DNA of 64,000 nucleotides from Vicugna vicugna (taxonomy: Eukaryota), in the NCBI GenBank assembly GCA_013265495.1, contig MU058582.1, forward strand, positions 62,001 through 126,000. Direction: 5' to 3'. Of the stretch, positions 1 through 11,999 are shown piece after piece. The stretch's first letter is position 1. Each line of letters opens with the position of its first letter. Below the pieces are notes generated by a model. It saw nothing but the letters and a program-made list of their open reading frames with translations, made no database searches and had not been told where the DNA came from. The position numbers and the translations under genes were made by a program.

Positions 1-540
1 CACGGTCGTTTTCGTTAACGCTTGTATTATTTCCAGTACTCCTCCAGCGGAGTGTTTTGGGATTACTTTATTTAAGTAGACTAACCCAGCATCGTCAAAG
101 AATAATTTTATCTCGTTATTCCTAACACTCATCCCCCCTCATCTCATCCCATTCGTTCAAATCTGTAGACTATCTTGACTAGTGAAAAGTCAGGGTGGGA
201 ACCTTGGTCTTTAAAGCAGTTCTACCTTGATGCGGGAATTTGGCTGTAAGTTTTGGGAGACATCCTTTATCATGTTGAGGAAGTTTCCTTAGATGATCAA
301 CTTAATGCAAGGCTGGAAGTTTGCTTTCTTTACATCAGAAACAAGGGTTGCATTTATACTGCTGTTCTAGTACATTTTGTGTCAAAAAGCTTACGTGCCC
401 ACCTTAAATAGAGCTGTGACAAAATCATCCTGCTGCTGAGGTGAAAAGTGCTGGTCCCAGGTTACCTGCCAGCTTAGAAAACTATGTTGGGAGGGAAAAG
501 CAGATTTGGCAAAGCGTAACATTCTTGTCATCATAAGCTC
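1..540 (-). mobile_element. Old degenerate LINE-1 fragment (approximate limits)
   Basis: AT-rich sequence with antisense L1-like motifs (e.g. ttgaggaagtttcctt); recognised by eye only. Confidence 0.4.
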
Positions 541-1089
541 TTAGAGCATAACTGGAGTGTGGTTTTTTTTTCCTTTTTCTAAGTATTTTAGTGATATTAT
601 TGTGTTATGGTTGGACAGCTCAGACAGAGGGTGATTCAGTGAGGGCAAAACATTTGGGGATGGCTCCAGGCCTCCAGCTTGGGGAGAGACCTACTGACAT
701 GAGGACACGGAGAGGGAGCAAGCCTCCCGGGGAAATGTGCGGAGTCCAGGTGGGGAATGCTGAGTTTGCCGTGTCTGTAGGGCATTCAAGCTCAGATGCG
801 TTCAGGAGACAGAATATGCGTAAATCTAGAGCCAGAAAGAGATGTCAGGAGTGGAAATAGGGATGCAAGACCCCCCAGCAGTTGTTAAAGAGCACAGTGT
901 GGGTCAGAGGTAGAGAGAGTGGTCGGGCACAGGGGACTGGGGAGGGACCTCAGACTTGACTGGGTTGGGGACTTTGGTGTCCTTGACCTGAGAAGTTTCA
1001 GGGAGAAATGGGGGTGAGAGGGAGGGAGCTCCTCCCACTATGTCCCAGCATCTAAAACAATGCCTGGCAGACGGATGCTTGGGAACCAT

Positions 1090-1180
1090 GGTTGGACAGA
1101 TGGACAGATGGACAGATGAATGATGGATATATGGATGGGTGATAGATGATGGGAGAATGGATAGATGGATGATGGATGGA
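1090..1180. repeat. (TGGA)n-type degenerate simple repeat, following L2-like fragments at about 740-1080
   Basis: Runs of gatg/tgga units. Confidence 0.75.
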
Positions 1181-1629
1181 AAATCAGAAAGACAGTGATC
1201 TGAGAGATCAAAGAATGTTTCATGGAAGAGGTGGAACTGAACTGTGTCTCAACAGGTGGAGACAATGGGGCAGGGCCGTCCCCACATGGAGCACCAGGAG
1301 TCAGGAATGACATGGTGTCCACAGGCCCAGGGAGGAAACCACCTGGCTGGACTGTGGGAAATTGTTGGGGAGCAATACTCAGAGGCCCTAAAATGAGGCC
1401 AGGAGAGGTTGGGCAGGTCCGAGCCAGCTCAGGACTCACTGCCGCATCACATGGCTACCTGCCGGCACGCGGCCCTCAGCATCTCCATCAGCACTGAGGA
1501 TTCAGGGGTGACCAGGACAGCCTCGGGTGGGGGACACACTGGGTGACTCCAAGGCATGGGTGGCCTCTGCCTCAGACAAGAGGCTGGGGACAGAGACGCC
1601 TCTGGGCCATGGGCTCACCCAGGGTGCCC

Positions 1630-1648
1630 TGGCCACTAGGGGGCTGGC
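1630..1648 (+). promoter_or_regulatory. CTCF-like motif, forward orientation
   Basis: TGGCCACTAGGGGGCTGGC matches core CCASYAGRKGGC. Confidence 0.55.
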
Positions 1649-1716
1649 TGCTCCCTCCCCCCGCCCCAGGACACAGCCCCCCCCCACTGCAGCCCTGTGC
1701 CCGTCACGCCCAGCAG

Positions 1717-1835
1717 GTCACCACTGCAGCCCGGCCCCCGGGGGGCGGTCCCCAGGTGCTGGCCCAGCGGGTTTTGGCCCGAGCCTCAATCAGTGTGGAA
1801 TGACTTCAGCAGCAGGACCCACCTCACGGTCCTAG
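1717..1835 (+). CDS. IGLL5: IGLL5/lambda5 (IGLL1)-type exon 2, containing the first J segment
   Basis: AG acceptor 1715-1716 and GTAAG donor at 1836. The phase-2 translation RSPLQPGPRGAVPRCWPSGFWPEPQSVWNDFSSRTHLTVLG aligns to human IGLL5 [41 protein letters not shown]. It splices in frame to the C exon at 3157; exon 1 is not seen in the window. Confidence 0.8.
1770..1797 (+). promoter_or_regulatory. 12-RSS of J1 (non-consensus)
   Basis: Nonamer GGTTTTGGC 1770-1778, 12-bp spacer, heptamer CAGTGTG 1791-1797. Confidence 0.8.
1798..1835 (+). other. IGLJ: Lambda J segment 1, non-canonical (NDFSSRTHLTVL)
   Basis: 38 bp between heptamer and donor; FGXG replaced by FSSR. Confidence 0.8.
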
Positions 1836-3156
1836 GTAAGTGGCTCTCACACTTTTCCCAGCCTGTCCCACCCTCTGCTGTCTCAGGAAAGTCACTTTTC
1901 TCTCTCTGGGGCTGCTCCCCCTCTGCCTTTCCAGCCTTAAGGGCCGACCCCAATCTTTCTCCATGGGATTGGGGGAGGCGGGTTGGGCTTGGGGTGACCA
2001 GCAAGAAGGACCCCAAGAGCAGGGGCAGCCGCCTCCAGAGTCTGACAGTCAGACGTGGCCAGTCCAGGGACCGAGGCCGGTTCTGATGCAGGACACGGGG
2101 GTGGTCTTGGGGACAGTGCTCGAGCCCTGGGGTCTGGCTGAGGGCTGGATGCCCAGCCTGGGAGGGCCACACAGGAGGTTGGGGTTTGGGGGTCTGTGAC
2201 TCCAGCCACCAGGGACACAGAGAAGCAGCCCGAGGGAGGCCCTTGAAGGGTGGAGAGTGGGGTCGCACTCACTCTGGGCTGAAGCTCTCGGGTTCCCTGC
2301 TAGGCCAGGAGGACACAGGGACACAGAGACACAAGTGAGATAGGGCGGGGTGACCAGCAGCCTGGCGCTCCCGGGATGGTGGCCAGAAAGGAGAGGGATC
2401 CATGGGGCAAAGACTCCTCTGTCCCTGGATCCCTGACCCCCAGGGGCCCAGGTGTCTCCCCTGCCCACAGGTCGGCCTCCTGCCTGCCTCAAAGGGCGCA
2501 GTACACTCAGGAGATGACAGACAGGAAGGGAAGGGGGGCTCGGAGCTGCTCAGCTGCCCCATAAAATCAGGATCGTGCAGTCAGGGCAGCAGGGATGGGG
2601 AGACGGGGGGAGGGGCCTGGAGCTTTGGTGGGGAGGACCCAGGCCTCGCCGGGAGAGCAGAGGCCCAGCTGGGGCAGAGCTGATGCCTGACGGGGAGGAG
2701 AGGCTCCAGGACCCACCGTGAACCAGGCTTTGGCTCGGGGCCACCCCGCACGACTTCAGGATTGTCCTGGCAGCCTGAGTGGGGAACACAGTACACCTAG
2801 GAGGCAACTGGGCTCCGGAAGAATGAAGTAAGATGGGGACCTGATGCTAAGCTGAGGGCTCCGGACGTCAAGACCTATTCCAAACTCAGACTCCAGGGCC
2901 CAGGAGGAGGGAGGGGAGCTTCCTGGTCACAGACGGGGAAACGGAGGCTGCATATGGGACGGCTCAGCCAGGTCACCTGGGAGAGCAACATCAAACAGCT
3001 TCTGAACGGCTGTCGGCTTCCAAGGGCTGAGTGAGAGAGGGGACAGAGAAGGAACACAAGGCCACCAAGTGCACCATCACAGAGGCCGTGATGGATAGGG
3101 GAGCCCCATCCTTGGACTCCAACCTGCATGTCACACCCTCTCCTCTGACCACACAG

Positions 3157-3473
3157 GTCAGCCCAAGTCCGCACCCTTTGTCACTCTGTTCCCGCCGTCC
3201 TCTGAGGAACTCACCACCAACAAGGCCACCCTGGTGTGTCTGATCAGTGACTTCTACCCGGGCAGCGTGACGGTGGCCTGGAAGCAAGATGGCACCACCG
3301 TCACGCAGGGCGTGGAGACCACCAAGCCCTCGAAGCAGAGCAACAACAAGTACGCGGCCAGCAGCTACCTGAGCCTGTCGCCCAGCACGTGGAAGTCGCA
3401 CAGCAGCTACAGCTGTCAGGTCACGCACGAGGCGGGCACCGTGGAGAAGACGGTGTCCCCCTCCCAGTGTTAG
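3157..3473 (+). CDS. IGLC: Ig lambda constant exon 1
   Basis: cacag acceptor; [36 protein letters not shown]...[27 protein letters not shown] 3605-3610. Confidence 0.97.
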
Positions 3474-5062
3474 GCCCCCGGGCCCCCACCCTCGGGGGCT
3501 TCCTCACCCAGACCCCCCTCCCCACTCTCCATGGACCCCTGAGCCTCTGCCCAGGTCAGCTCAGACCAGGCGGGTCTCATCCCGCCCTGTTCCTGCTCCT
3601 CCTTAATAAAGACCTTGTCATTTATCATCTGACATGTCTGATGTGCACTCTGTGTCTGGCCGTGTCTCTGGGTTAAGGGTCAGTGACTACAGGAAGGGAC
3701 AGTTGGTGACATGAGATTCCATGTACCTGACGTCCCCCCAACCTGTCCCCCAGGGACCAGGGAGCTCTGAGTGCTGGTGGGAGCCGTGACCCAGAACAGA
3801 GCATTGTTGTGTGGTGCCAGCCCCTGGGGTGCAGTCCTTGTGCCCTGGGAAGGGAGAAGGGCCAGTGAGAGGGACATGGGACAGTTCTGGGGGAACAAGG
3901 AGAGGAGGAGGGATCCCAGGGAAGGCTGAGACGCAGAAGGTCAGTTGTGTGACCCTACTTGGGACCTCAGGCATGAAGAGTCTGGACACGTGAAGTCAGG
4001 TCAGGGACGGAGTTAGTCTATGGTGGGGTGTGGATGGAGCAGGTGCCATCACCCTATATGGAGGGGAGGGGACACGGGGAAGCTGAGTCTTTGGGAAAGG
4101 ACACCGCCTGAGCACCAAAAAAGCATCCAGTGATGCTCCCAAGGAGAGAGAATCACTGGAACCCGCCAATAGAGTCAGACTCAGTCAGATCAGCTCAAGG
4201 CAGGGTACGTGTGGCCTGTGGGCTACAGCAAGGTCAAGTTTCCCTCACAAGTCAGCACCCTAGTTCCCTGCCCAGGGACCCTCCCCCCATCCATCTCCAG
4301 GGCTCACCCCAGTGCACCTCCAGCTGAGACACTCAGTCGGGCACTCACTCACGGTCTGAGACAAGCACGGTCACCCTCTGGAAGGTGAAGGCCTAGGCTC
4401 TGTCATCCACAGGACCCCTCGCCTCGCAGCCCCCTGTCGATACCTCCAGCTCCTCTGGGATGGGGAGCTGCCTTCACCAGAGCTGCCAGGCAGCCGAGAC
4501 AGCTCAGCGACAGAGCCTGCAGGGACAGGGGACTCTAGGGCATTGGTGAGGCAGAGGACAGGACCCCTTTGGAGCTTCCGCCCAGGTACCCCAGCCCCAG
4601 AGCACAGACTAGGAGGTGAAAGAGGCGAGGGGTCCTCGTGGCCCACAGCAGCTGCCTGACCCCATTTCCTGGATGGGAACACTAAGACCCCAAGGGAGGA
4701 GGGGACCACCTAGGTCTCCCTCGTCTCAGTGGCCCTGCTGGGTAGAATGCTGCCAGCCGCCCCCCCCGCCCCGAGCTAGGGACACCCCACAGACAACACC
4801 CCTCGGTGTTGTTACCAGTTTTCACTCTGAAGAACTGAGGTCACAAAACGAGAAGACAGAGGAGTAAAATGACCCCCGGGTTCCGGTCAACCAGGCCCCA
4901 AAATCATCAATTCACCACTGATGCTGACCTCACCTCCCCACACCAGAGCAAACCCTCCCTGACGCAGGCCGTTCCAGCACATTCTACGTCATGTCTTTTC
5001 TCTGTAAATATTTCATTAGTGCCCTGGAAGGAAAGGACCAAAATTACAACTCAATATCATTA

Positions 5063-5180
5063 TCAAACCCAAACACAGAATATAAAAACAAATATATGCA
5101 CTGAAACTATGCTGGACACCAGAAATTGACACAGCACTGTAAACTGACCATCCCTCAAAAAAGATAAAATAAAATGTGTA
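5063..5180 (+). mobile_element. 5'-truncated L1 3' end with A-rich tail, inside an older L1 fragment
   Basis: tatgctggacaccagaaattgacacagcactgtaaactgac followed by an A-rich tail. Confidence 0.6.
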
Positions 5181-5367
5181 AGAAAGGAAATGCATATGTA
5201 AAGTATAAAGTAATGTACAAAATGTAAAAAATAAACTAAATATCGGGAAAAAAGAAGGTTGTTTTCACACTTGAAATAGTAAACTGGTGTTCGGTTATTT
5301 CGTAAAATGTAAAAAATAAAAACCAAACAGAAATTGGCCTCAGTTCCTTAGTATCACAAAAACAATC

Positions 5368-5497
5368 GGGGGGAGGGCGTAGCTCAATGGGTAGAGTGCA
5401 GCTCTGTACGCAGGAGGTCGTGGGTTCCACCCCCAGTACCTCCACTAAGTAAGTAAATAAATAAACCTAATTACTTCCTGCCTCAAAAAAATAACAA
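5368..5497 (+). mobile_element. tRNA-derived SINE (camelid Vic-1-like)
   Basis: A box tagctcaatgg, B-box-like ggttccaccccc, tail aaataaacctaattac plus A-rich end. Confidence 0.85.
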
Positions 5498-6169
5498 AAG
5501 CAAAATCGCTTTCAGGCGACATGCCTCGCAGTCGTCACAAGTGTGTGGAATTGGTTGTGTTTTAGGTGCTGTGTGATTGGTTCTTCGGGTCCTTTCTATG
5601 AGGGTTGGAAGGGTGTGGCTCGGCGATCGATGGTTGTGTCGTGGGCCTGGTGGCTCCGTCAGGCTCTTCCAAATCACTCTAGTTTTCCTTGCAAGGCGGG
5701 GGCTCCAGGAGCTCAGCTGCTGCTCCCGGACTCCGCCAGGGTCGGGGTTCGGCCCCCGGCCTCCCTGGGCTGTACCTGAGTGGTTCTCTCTGCTTCGTGT
5801 GCCTGCAGATGGTTCTGAGGTGCAAAAGATGAAGCGGGGTCAGGTGTGACCTTTGGGCGAGACCGTTGCTAGGACAGTTGGCTGCTTCCATCCAAGGTGT
5901 CCTTCTGGGGTCACAGGTCATTTAGTAAAATTATCTTCCTTTGACGCGCAAATTCCAGGTCCATCAGGTGGGATGGGAGGCCGGGTGCAATGTTCCGGTT
6001 CTGCGCTCCTTCCTCTGCTGAGGCTGCCATTTGCCCACAGAGGAGGCCCTTCAGATGCTCTTTACTGCTCTGGGGTCGGGTCCAGCTGCAGTGAATACAG
6101 AGATACGTTTGGTGTTCTGGTTTTTTTGTTGCTGTTGTTGTTTTTCTTTTCTTTAAATTCTAACTCTAT

Positions 6170-6288
6170 TATTTAATTTTTTTAACTTGGGGGGAGGTAA
6201 TTAGGTTCATTTATTTGGAGAGGAGGTACTGGGGATTGAACCCAGCGCCTCGTGCACGGCGCTACCTCTTGAGCGATACCCTCACCCC
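6170..6288 (-). mobile_element. tRNA-derived SINE (camelid Vic-1-like)
   Basis: Reverse complement of the same SINE (ggaggtactggggattgaaccc...gagcgataccctc). Confidence 0.85.
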
Positions 6289-6424
6289 AGGTTTGCTCTT
6301 TCTCTAATGGAGCGGTTTACCAAACGGTGACTGGTCCCTGCCGTCTTCTGAAAGTTAACAACCAACACTAGGGCACATGGATTTGATGTGTTCGGATCCA
6401 TTGTGCTTCTATTTTCGTTCAAAC

Positions 6425-6580
6425 ACTTTTCAGTGAAGTGTAGTCAGTTCCCAATGTTCAGCCCATTTCTGGTGCACGGCATGTTTCACTCACTCATATC
6501 CACACGTAGATCTGCTTTCATGCTCCTCTCCTTACAGGTTACTATAAGGTACTGAATACAGCTCCCCGTGCTGTTCCCTT
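6425..6580 (-). mobile_element. L1 3' end fragment
   Basis: gaagtgtagtcagtt...ttacaggttactataaggtactgaatacagctccccgtgct. Confidence 0.6.
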
Positions 6581-7465
6581 GATGATCCCGGTGCCCCACC
6601 TGTGCCCACGGGAGCCTGCATGGGGAGCCCCAGGGCCTCCGGCACCGGCTGGGGAGACCGCCACACACCCCCCTGCTTTCTGCTGTGACAGTCTGTTGTG
6701 GGCCCATCTTGTGCCTTTCCAGCCTCCGGCCTGGGATGGGCCGTTTCTCCCATCGACCGGATTCTCTCTAGTGAGCTGGTATTTCGGGAACACAGTGGAG
6801 GCGCTCACTTATGTCTCCCCTTTGAATCAAATGCTCCCAGACACAAAGATCACATGAGACGCTGAGGGGTGTCAGGGAAACTGCGGCGTCATCCCTGCAG
6901 GTGCAGGCTGGCCTTCCCTACTGGCACCAGCCCAGGCCTCCCGACAGAAGCCCATCCAATGCAGGAGAACCCCAGGGAGGTCGGGCCGAGACCCAGGGAG
7001 CCCCAGCTGGGGTGACAGCGAAGCCTCTTACGGTCAGTTCACTCCAGGGCAGCCTGCCCTTTCTGTGGGTGGCCTGGGGACACCCGAGATCACCTCCTGC
7101 TCTCCGTCTGTGGTCTCGCCAAGGGATCAGGATTCTGTCAACCCTACGTAGGAAAGAAGCCCCAGCCCTTCCAGAGAACTCCACTCCTTAGGGAGGCAAA
7201 TGCCCTCCCGTGGTGTCCTTCCCGTTCCTGGGCGACAGTGGTTCACGGGAAAACCATGTCCAACACGCCGACCCCCTTTGGGATCCTGCCTTTCCAAGAG
7301 TGTGACTGCTGGGCACCGGGTCCCTGTCACGTTCTGCCCCTGGGATGGGCAGGGCAGGCACGGGGACCCCTGCAGAGCAGCCACCAGCCTGGGGCAGTGG
7401 CCCGACTTCCTCCATCTCAGCTGCAGGTGGGGGGCTGGGGGTGGGGCAGGGGCGTCCCAGGGAGG

Positions 7466-7493
7466 GGTTTTTGTTCAAGCCTGTGTCACTGTG
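7466..7493 (+). promoter_or_regulatory. 12-RSS of J2 (perfect consensus)
   Basis: GGTTTTTGT, 12 bp, CACTGTG. Confidence 0.97.
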
Positions 7494-7531
7494 TGCTGTG
7501 TTCGGCGGAGGGACCCATCTGACCGTCCTGG
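7494..7531 (+). CDS. IGLJ: Lambda J segment 2 (AVFGGGTHLTVL)
   Basis: FGXG motif, consensus RSS, GTGAGT donor at 7532. Confidence 0.97.
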
Positions 7532-8836
7532 GTGAGTCTCCTCTTCCCCCCACCCCCGATTTCCCTGCTCTCCCCAAACTTTGGGCAATTTCCTGCTGTT
7601 CTGCTCTTTTCTGGGCCTTGTGTCGGCCTCGGGTCAGGCTTTCAAGCAGGAGCCCAGCCCCTGGGGCCCGACCTCTTCCCCAGCCTGTCAGACCCTCCTG
7701 CTCACCTCTGCGCTCGCAGCAGCCCTTCCCCTCTGACCCAAGGATCACCTGCTGCCTCTGTCCGTCTGCCAGGGCCAGGCTGGCCCCTAGACTCGCTCCG
7801 CTCTGTCCTGCCCCATCGGGGCTCCAGGTGGACCCGCTTTGTCTCTGGGGGTACTCGGGGCCTCCTTCTCAAGGGGAAGGAGGGAACAGACAACTGAGGG
7901 GGGACCGTGTGGAGACATGAGAGGGGCCCGGATCCCTCAGGGCCGAGGCTGGAGAACAAGTCACAGGTTCAGGAACGGCCACAGGGCTGTGGGTCTAGGG
8001 ATCCAGGGTCAGGGACGCGCAGGGGTGCAGGGCTCCGCCAGGTCTCTGTGGGGCTGTCACAGACAGAGCCCTGCGCCGGCCTCGGCCTCAGGGGAGCTGC
8101 ACAAAGGAAATCAGGAGAGAGGAGACGGCTCTGAAACCCAGGAAGCTGTCCTCAGAGGACAGCTCTGAGGGGCTGGCTGGGCTCCTGGGTCTCGGCAGCA
8201 CAGGGCCCCTTGCACGTGAACCCTCCTGTGAGGAAGGCAGACTCCCAGCACTGGGCCTCTGCTGATACGACCAGCTGGCCAGGGAGGACGACAAAAAGGA
8301 CTTGGCACTTAAGAAGGGGACCGGCAGAGGAACGCTCTCTGATCAGCAAAGCTCCTACCCTATCAGACAGGCTGCAGGGGAGACAGATTAGCGTAAAAAC
8401 AGACCCCTTTGGGAAAACAGCCGAGGTCCCAAGAGCAAGACTATCGGGTCCAAAAAGTCCCGAGATCAGCTCCACGGGACGCCAGAGAGCTCACGTCACC
8501 CACTTTCAAGACAGACAGCCCGCCCCAAACAGACATCTTCCGAAGCTCAGGAGGAGGCAGGACAGGGGGTGAGGGTCAGATGTCTGTGTGGGAGACCAGG
8601 GCCCAGACGGGGTCTCAGGACAGCGATGGCAGGTGTTCAGGCTCAGGGTTTCCTAAGGAAATGGGGAGAGGATGGAGGACCACCCTCCTTGGCAGGGACC
8701 CTCAAACTCAGTTTGGTCTCTGAACTAGGGGTCCTCCTGGGTCCTCAGCAGCCCCTGTCCCACTTTGAGACACAGGTCAGAAGCTCCCAGGACAGGCACC
8801 GGGCGTCTGACCTCCTGCCCCTCCCCCGCTTTGCAG

Positions 8837-9153
8837 GTCAGCCCAAGGCCGCACCCTCGGTCACTCTGTTCCCGCCGTCCTCTGAGGAGCTCACCGCCAA
8901 CAAGGCCACCCTGGTGTGTCTGATCAGTGACTTCTACCCGGGCAGCGTGACGGTGGCCTGGAAGCAAGATGGCACCACCGTCACGCAGGGCGTGGAGACC
9001 ACCAAGCCCTCGAAGCAGAGCAACAACAAGTACGCGGCCAGCAGCTACCTGACCCTGTCGCCCAGCACGTGGAAGTCGCACAGCAGCTACAGCTGTCAGG
9101 TCACGCACGAGGCGGGCACCGTGGAGAAGACGGTGTCCCCCTCCCAGTGTTAG
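8837..9153 (+). CDS. IGLC: Ig lambda constant exon 2
   Basis: ctttgcag acceptor; [28 protein letters not shown]...SPSQC*; AATAAA 9285-9290. Confidence 0.98.
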
Positions 9154-11198
9154 GCCCCCGGGCCCCCACCCTCGGGGGCTTCCTCACCCAGACCCCCCTC
9201 CCCACTCTCCATGGACCCCTGAGCCTCTGCCCAGGTCAGCTCAGACCAGGCGGGTCTCATCCCGCCCTGTTCCTGCTCCTCCTTAATAAAGACCTTGTCA
9301 TTTATCATCTGACATGTCTGATGTGCACTCTGTGTCTGGCCGTGTCTCTGGGTTAAGGGTCAGTGACTACAGGAAGGGACAGTTGGTGACATGAGATTCC
9401 ATGTACCTGACGTCCCCCCAACCCGTCCCCCAGGGACCAGGGAGCTCTGAGTGCTGGTGGGAGCCGTGACCCAGAACAGAGCATTGTTGTGTGGTGCCAG
9501 CCCCTGGGGTGCAGTCCTTGTGCCCTGGGAAGGGAGAAGGGTCAGTGATTGGACAGGGGATGGCTTAGGGAATATCAGGTGTTCCAGGAGGTTCCTAGGA
9601 GGCAGCTGTGCACCAGAGGCAAGATTATAGGGCAAAGAAACCCTGAGACCTTGATGTCAGAGGAAAGGGGCTTGGACTTCCCTGTTTCATCAACGGACCC
9701 AGTGGGGACAGCTAATCCCAGGTGAGGTGTCCATGGCTTCACCATCACCTGGCTACCGTGGAAAGCTTTGACAAGTCATCACGCAAGGACATTTCTCAAA
9801 CTGTCACAATGCGCTTCAGCTAAGTAAAGACACTGACAAGGCCTGCAACAGAGAAACAGTTCAACAGCATATAGCCTAGCAGTTCTCCAATCACATTCAC
9901 TCCTCCTTCTAACTCAGGGAGCCCCAGCAGACCCTCGAGGACAGTGCTGGTCCCCATCACTAGTGCTGGGACCTGCGGTGAGGCTGAGGCACAAGGAAGG
10001 TCAGCGTCTGTTCTGATGGGGCTGGTCAAGGTGGCTCAAGGGGACCCCAGCAGGAGGCTGGGACCTCAGTCATGAGGAGTGTGGGCATCTGAAGTCAGGT
10101 CCAGGAGAGCGTTAGTTTATGGTGGGATTATGGCTGGAGCAGGTGTGGTCATCCTGGGTTAGGGGCACATGGCCGAACTAGATGAACGGGAAAGGACATT
10201 GTCCTGGGCACCGGGTGGTCATCCAGTGGTGTCGGCAAAGGGCTTGTCAACCAGAATCCAGGAGTGGGGTTTGGCGAGGTCAGACTAGCGCAGGACAGGG
10301 TGACTGTGGCCTGAGGGCTACAGCAAGGTCAGACTTCCTGGGCACTTAGTGCAACCAGACCCCTGCCCACAGGCCCACTGGCTCACTGGGCTCAGCCTCC
10401 AGTGCACCTGTAGCCTGGAGTCAGAGACACAGTCCCTCCCAGGGCCCGAGGCAGGTGAGCTCGACACTGCCGAGGCATGCCCGGCCGGCTCGGTCAGCCC
10501 TCAGTGCCCGGGCCCCTTGGGCAGGACACGGGGCTACCAGCCTGCAAGGACAGAGGCCTCTGGGGCCACGCTGGGTCCCCCCTTGAGCTCGATCCCAGTC
10601 AACCCAGGAGGTGGAAGGCAGCTTTGGGGTCTATGTGTCCACAGCATCTGCCGGCACCCCCTGGACAGAGCTGAAAGCTGAGAGCCTGCAGGGAAACCAG
10701 CCAGGCCTCCCTCATCACTGGCCCTGGGGGTTGAGTCCAGAATCCACCCCACCCTGAGCTCTAACTGCCCAGAAAGCAAGCCCTCTTCATTCTTACAAAG
10801 ATGTAAAACACAAAATAAGGAGACAGGAGAGTCCCAACCCTCTGCTGCTATTAACCCAGGGCCAAAATCATCAACTCGCTGACGATGCTGACCGCACCCC
10901 CGACAACAGAACAGGCCCCCCTGATGCCATCCCTTGAGGCCAGTTCCAGACCATGTCATTTCTGCTGCAAATATTTTATTTGTGTCCTGGAAAGATAAGG
11001 ACCTAAAAAATAACCACACTATCCCTACAAACAGGTGGAAGGAGCAATAATTGCTTCATATCAAAATACAGATAATCATGTGCTCATCAGAAGTTTCGGA
11101 AATATCTTAGCGTATTCATTCAGTTAATTTATGTTCATGTTGTTTTTTGCAGTTTTCGGTTTTGCTTATATGAGTATTAATCATTGAAATTGTCCGCA

Positions 11199-11341
11199 GG
11201 GAGAGGGGAGGCTGTAGCTCAGCGATAGAGCACAGGCTTATCATGCGTGAGGTCCTGGGTTCAATCCCCAGGACCTCCATTTAAGTAAAAAAATAAACCA
11301 AATTACCAAACCCCCTTTAAAAAAAAAAAAAGAAGAAAACA
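11199..11341 (+). mobile_element. tRNA-derived SINE (camelid Vic-1-like)
   Basis: A/B boxes, poly(A), probable target-site duplication GAAATTGTCC at 11186-11195 and 11342-11351. Confidence 0.9.
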
Positions 11342-11771
11342 GAAATTGTCCTTGGTGAGCATGATTTGTTAAGCCCCTTTGGATGTGTTTGAATCTTTTT
11401 ATCGCAAGCTAGCCTCCGGATGCAGCCCCGGCCTCCCCAAGCTGTAAGGGAGAATTTCTTTCTCTCTGTCTGGGTTTCCTACCCAGTGGCCCTTGGATAA
11501 AAGAACCATGTAGCTCAGGTGTTAGCAGGGCTCCTCCCCAGATGGTTGGCTATTCCATCCAAGGCAACTCCTTTGGGGCCTCTTTTTTCTGTGATGTTAA
11601 CTGCCCTCGCATTCAGGGTCTTGAGGAAGAAATTCACTGTGGCGGTGCTGCAGCTCCGTCTGTCCCCCTGATTCTGGGAGGGCTGTCCTGTAGCCCGGAG
11701 GGGAGGGCCTTCAGCAGCTCCTTAGTCACCGCGAAGTGTGTTTCACTCTTTAGTAAAAAAGAAGAAATGTA

Positions 11772-11999
11772 AAGGGGATGGGGAGGGATAAACTGGGAGT
11801 TCGGGATTTGCAGATACACACCACTCTACATAAAATGGATAAACAACAAGGTCCTACTGTCCAGCCTGGGGAGCCACATTCAGCACCTTGTAATAGCTCC
11901 TAATGAAGAGGGGTACGTACACGCGTCACTGAACCGCTATGCTGTGCACCAGGCAGGAACACAGTTCTGCGAACCCACCACACTGCGATTTAAAAGGAA
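11772..11999 (+). mobile_element. 5'-truncated L1 3' end
   Basis: gggataaactgggagttcgggatttgcagatacaca...aaacaacaaggtcctactgt. Confidence 0.75.

Noticed and set aside
1..1716. V segments or IGLL exon 1
   Set aside because: No leader, V-exon or 23-RSS pattern visible; presumably upstream of the window
8569..9153. 194-aa single-exon ORF ending in the C-lambda domain (likewise 17958-18347)
   Set aside because: Intron read-through upstream of a canonical splice acceptor; GTG/TTG start and no signal peptide
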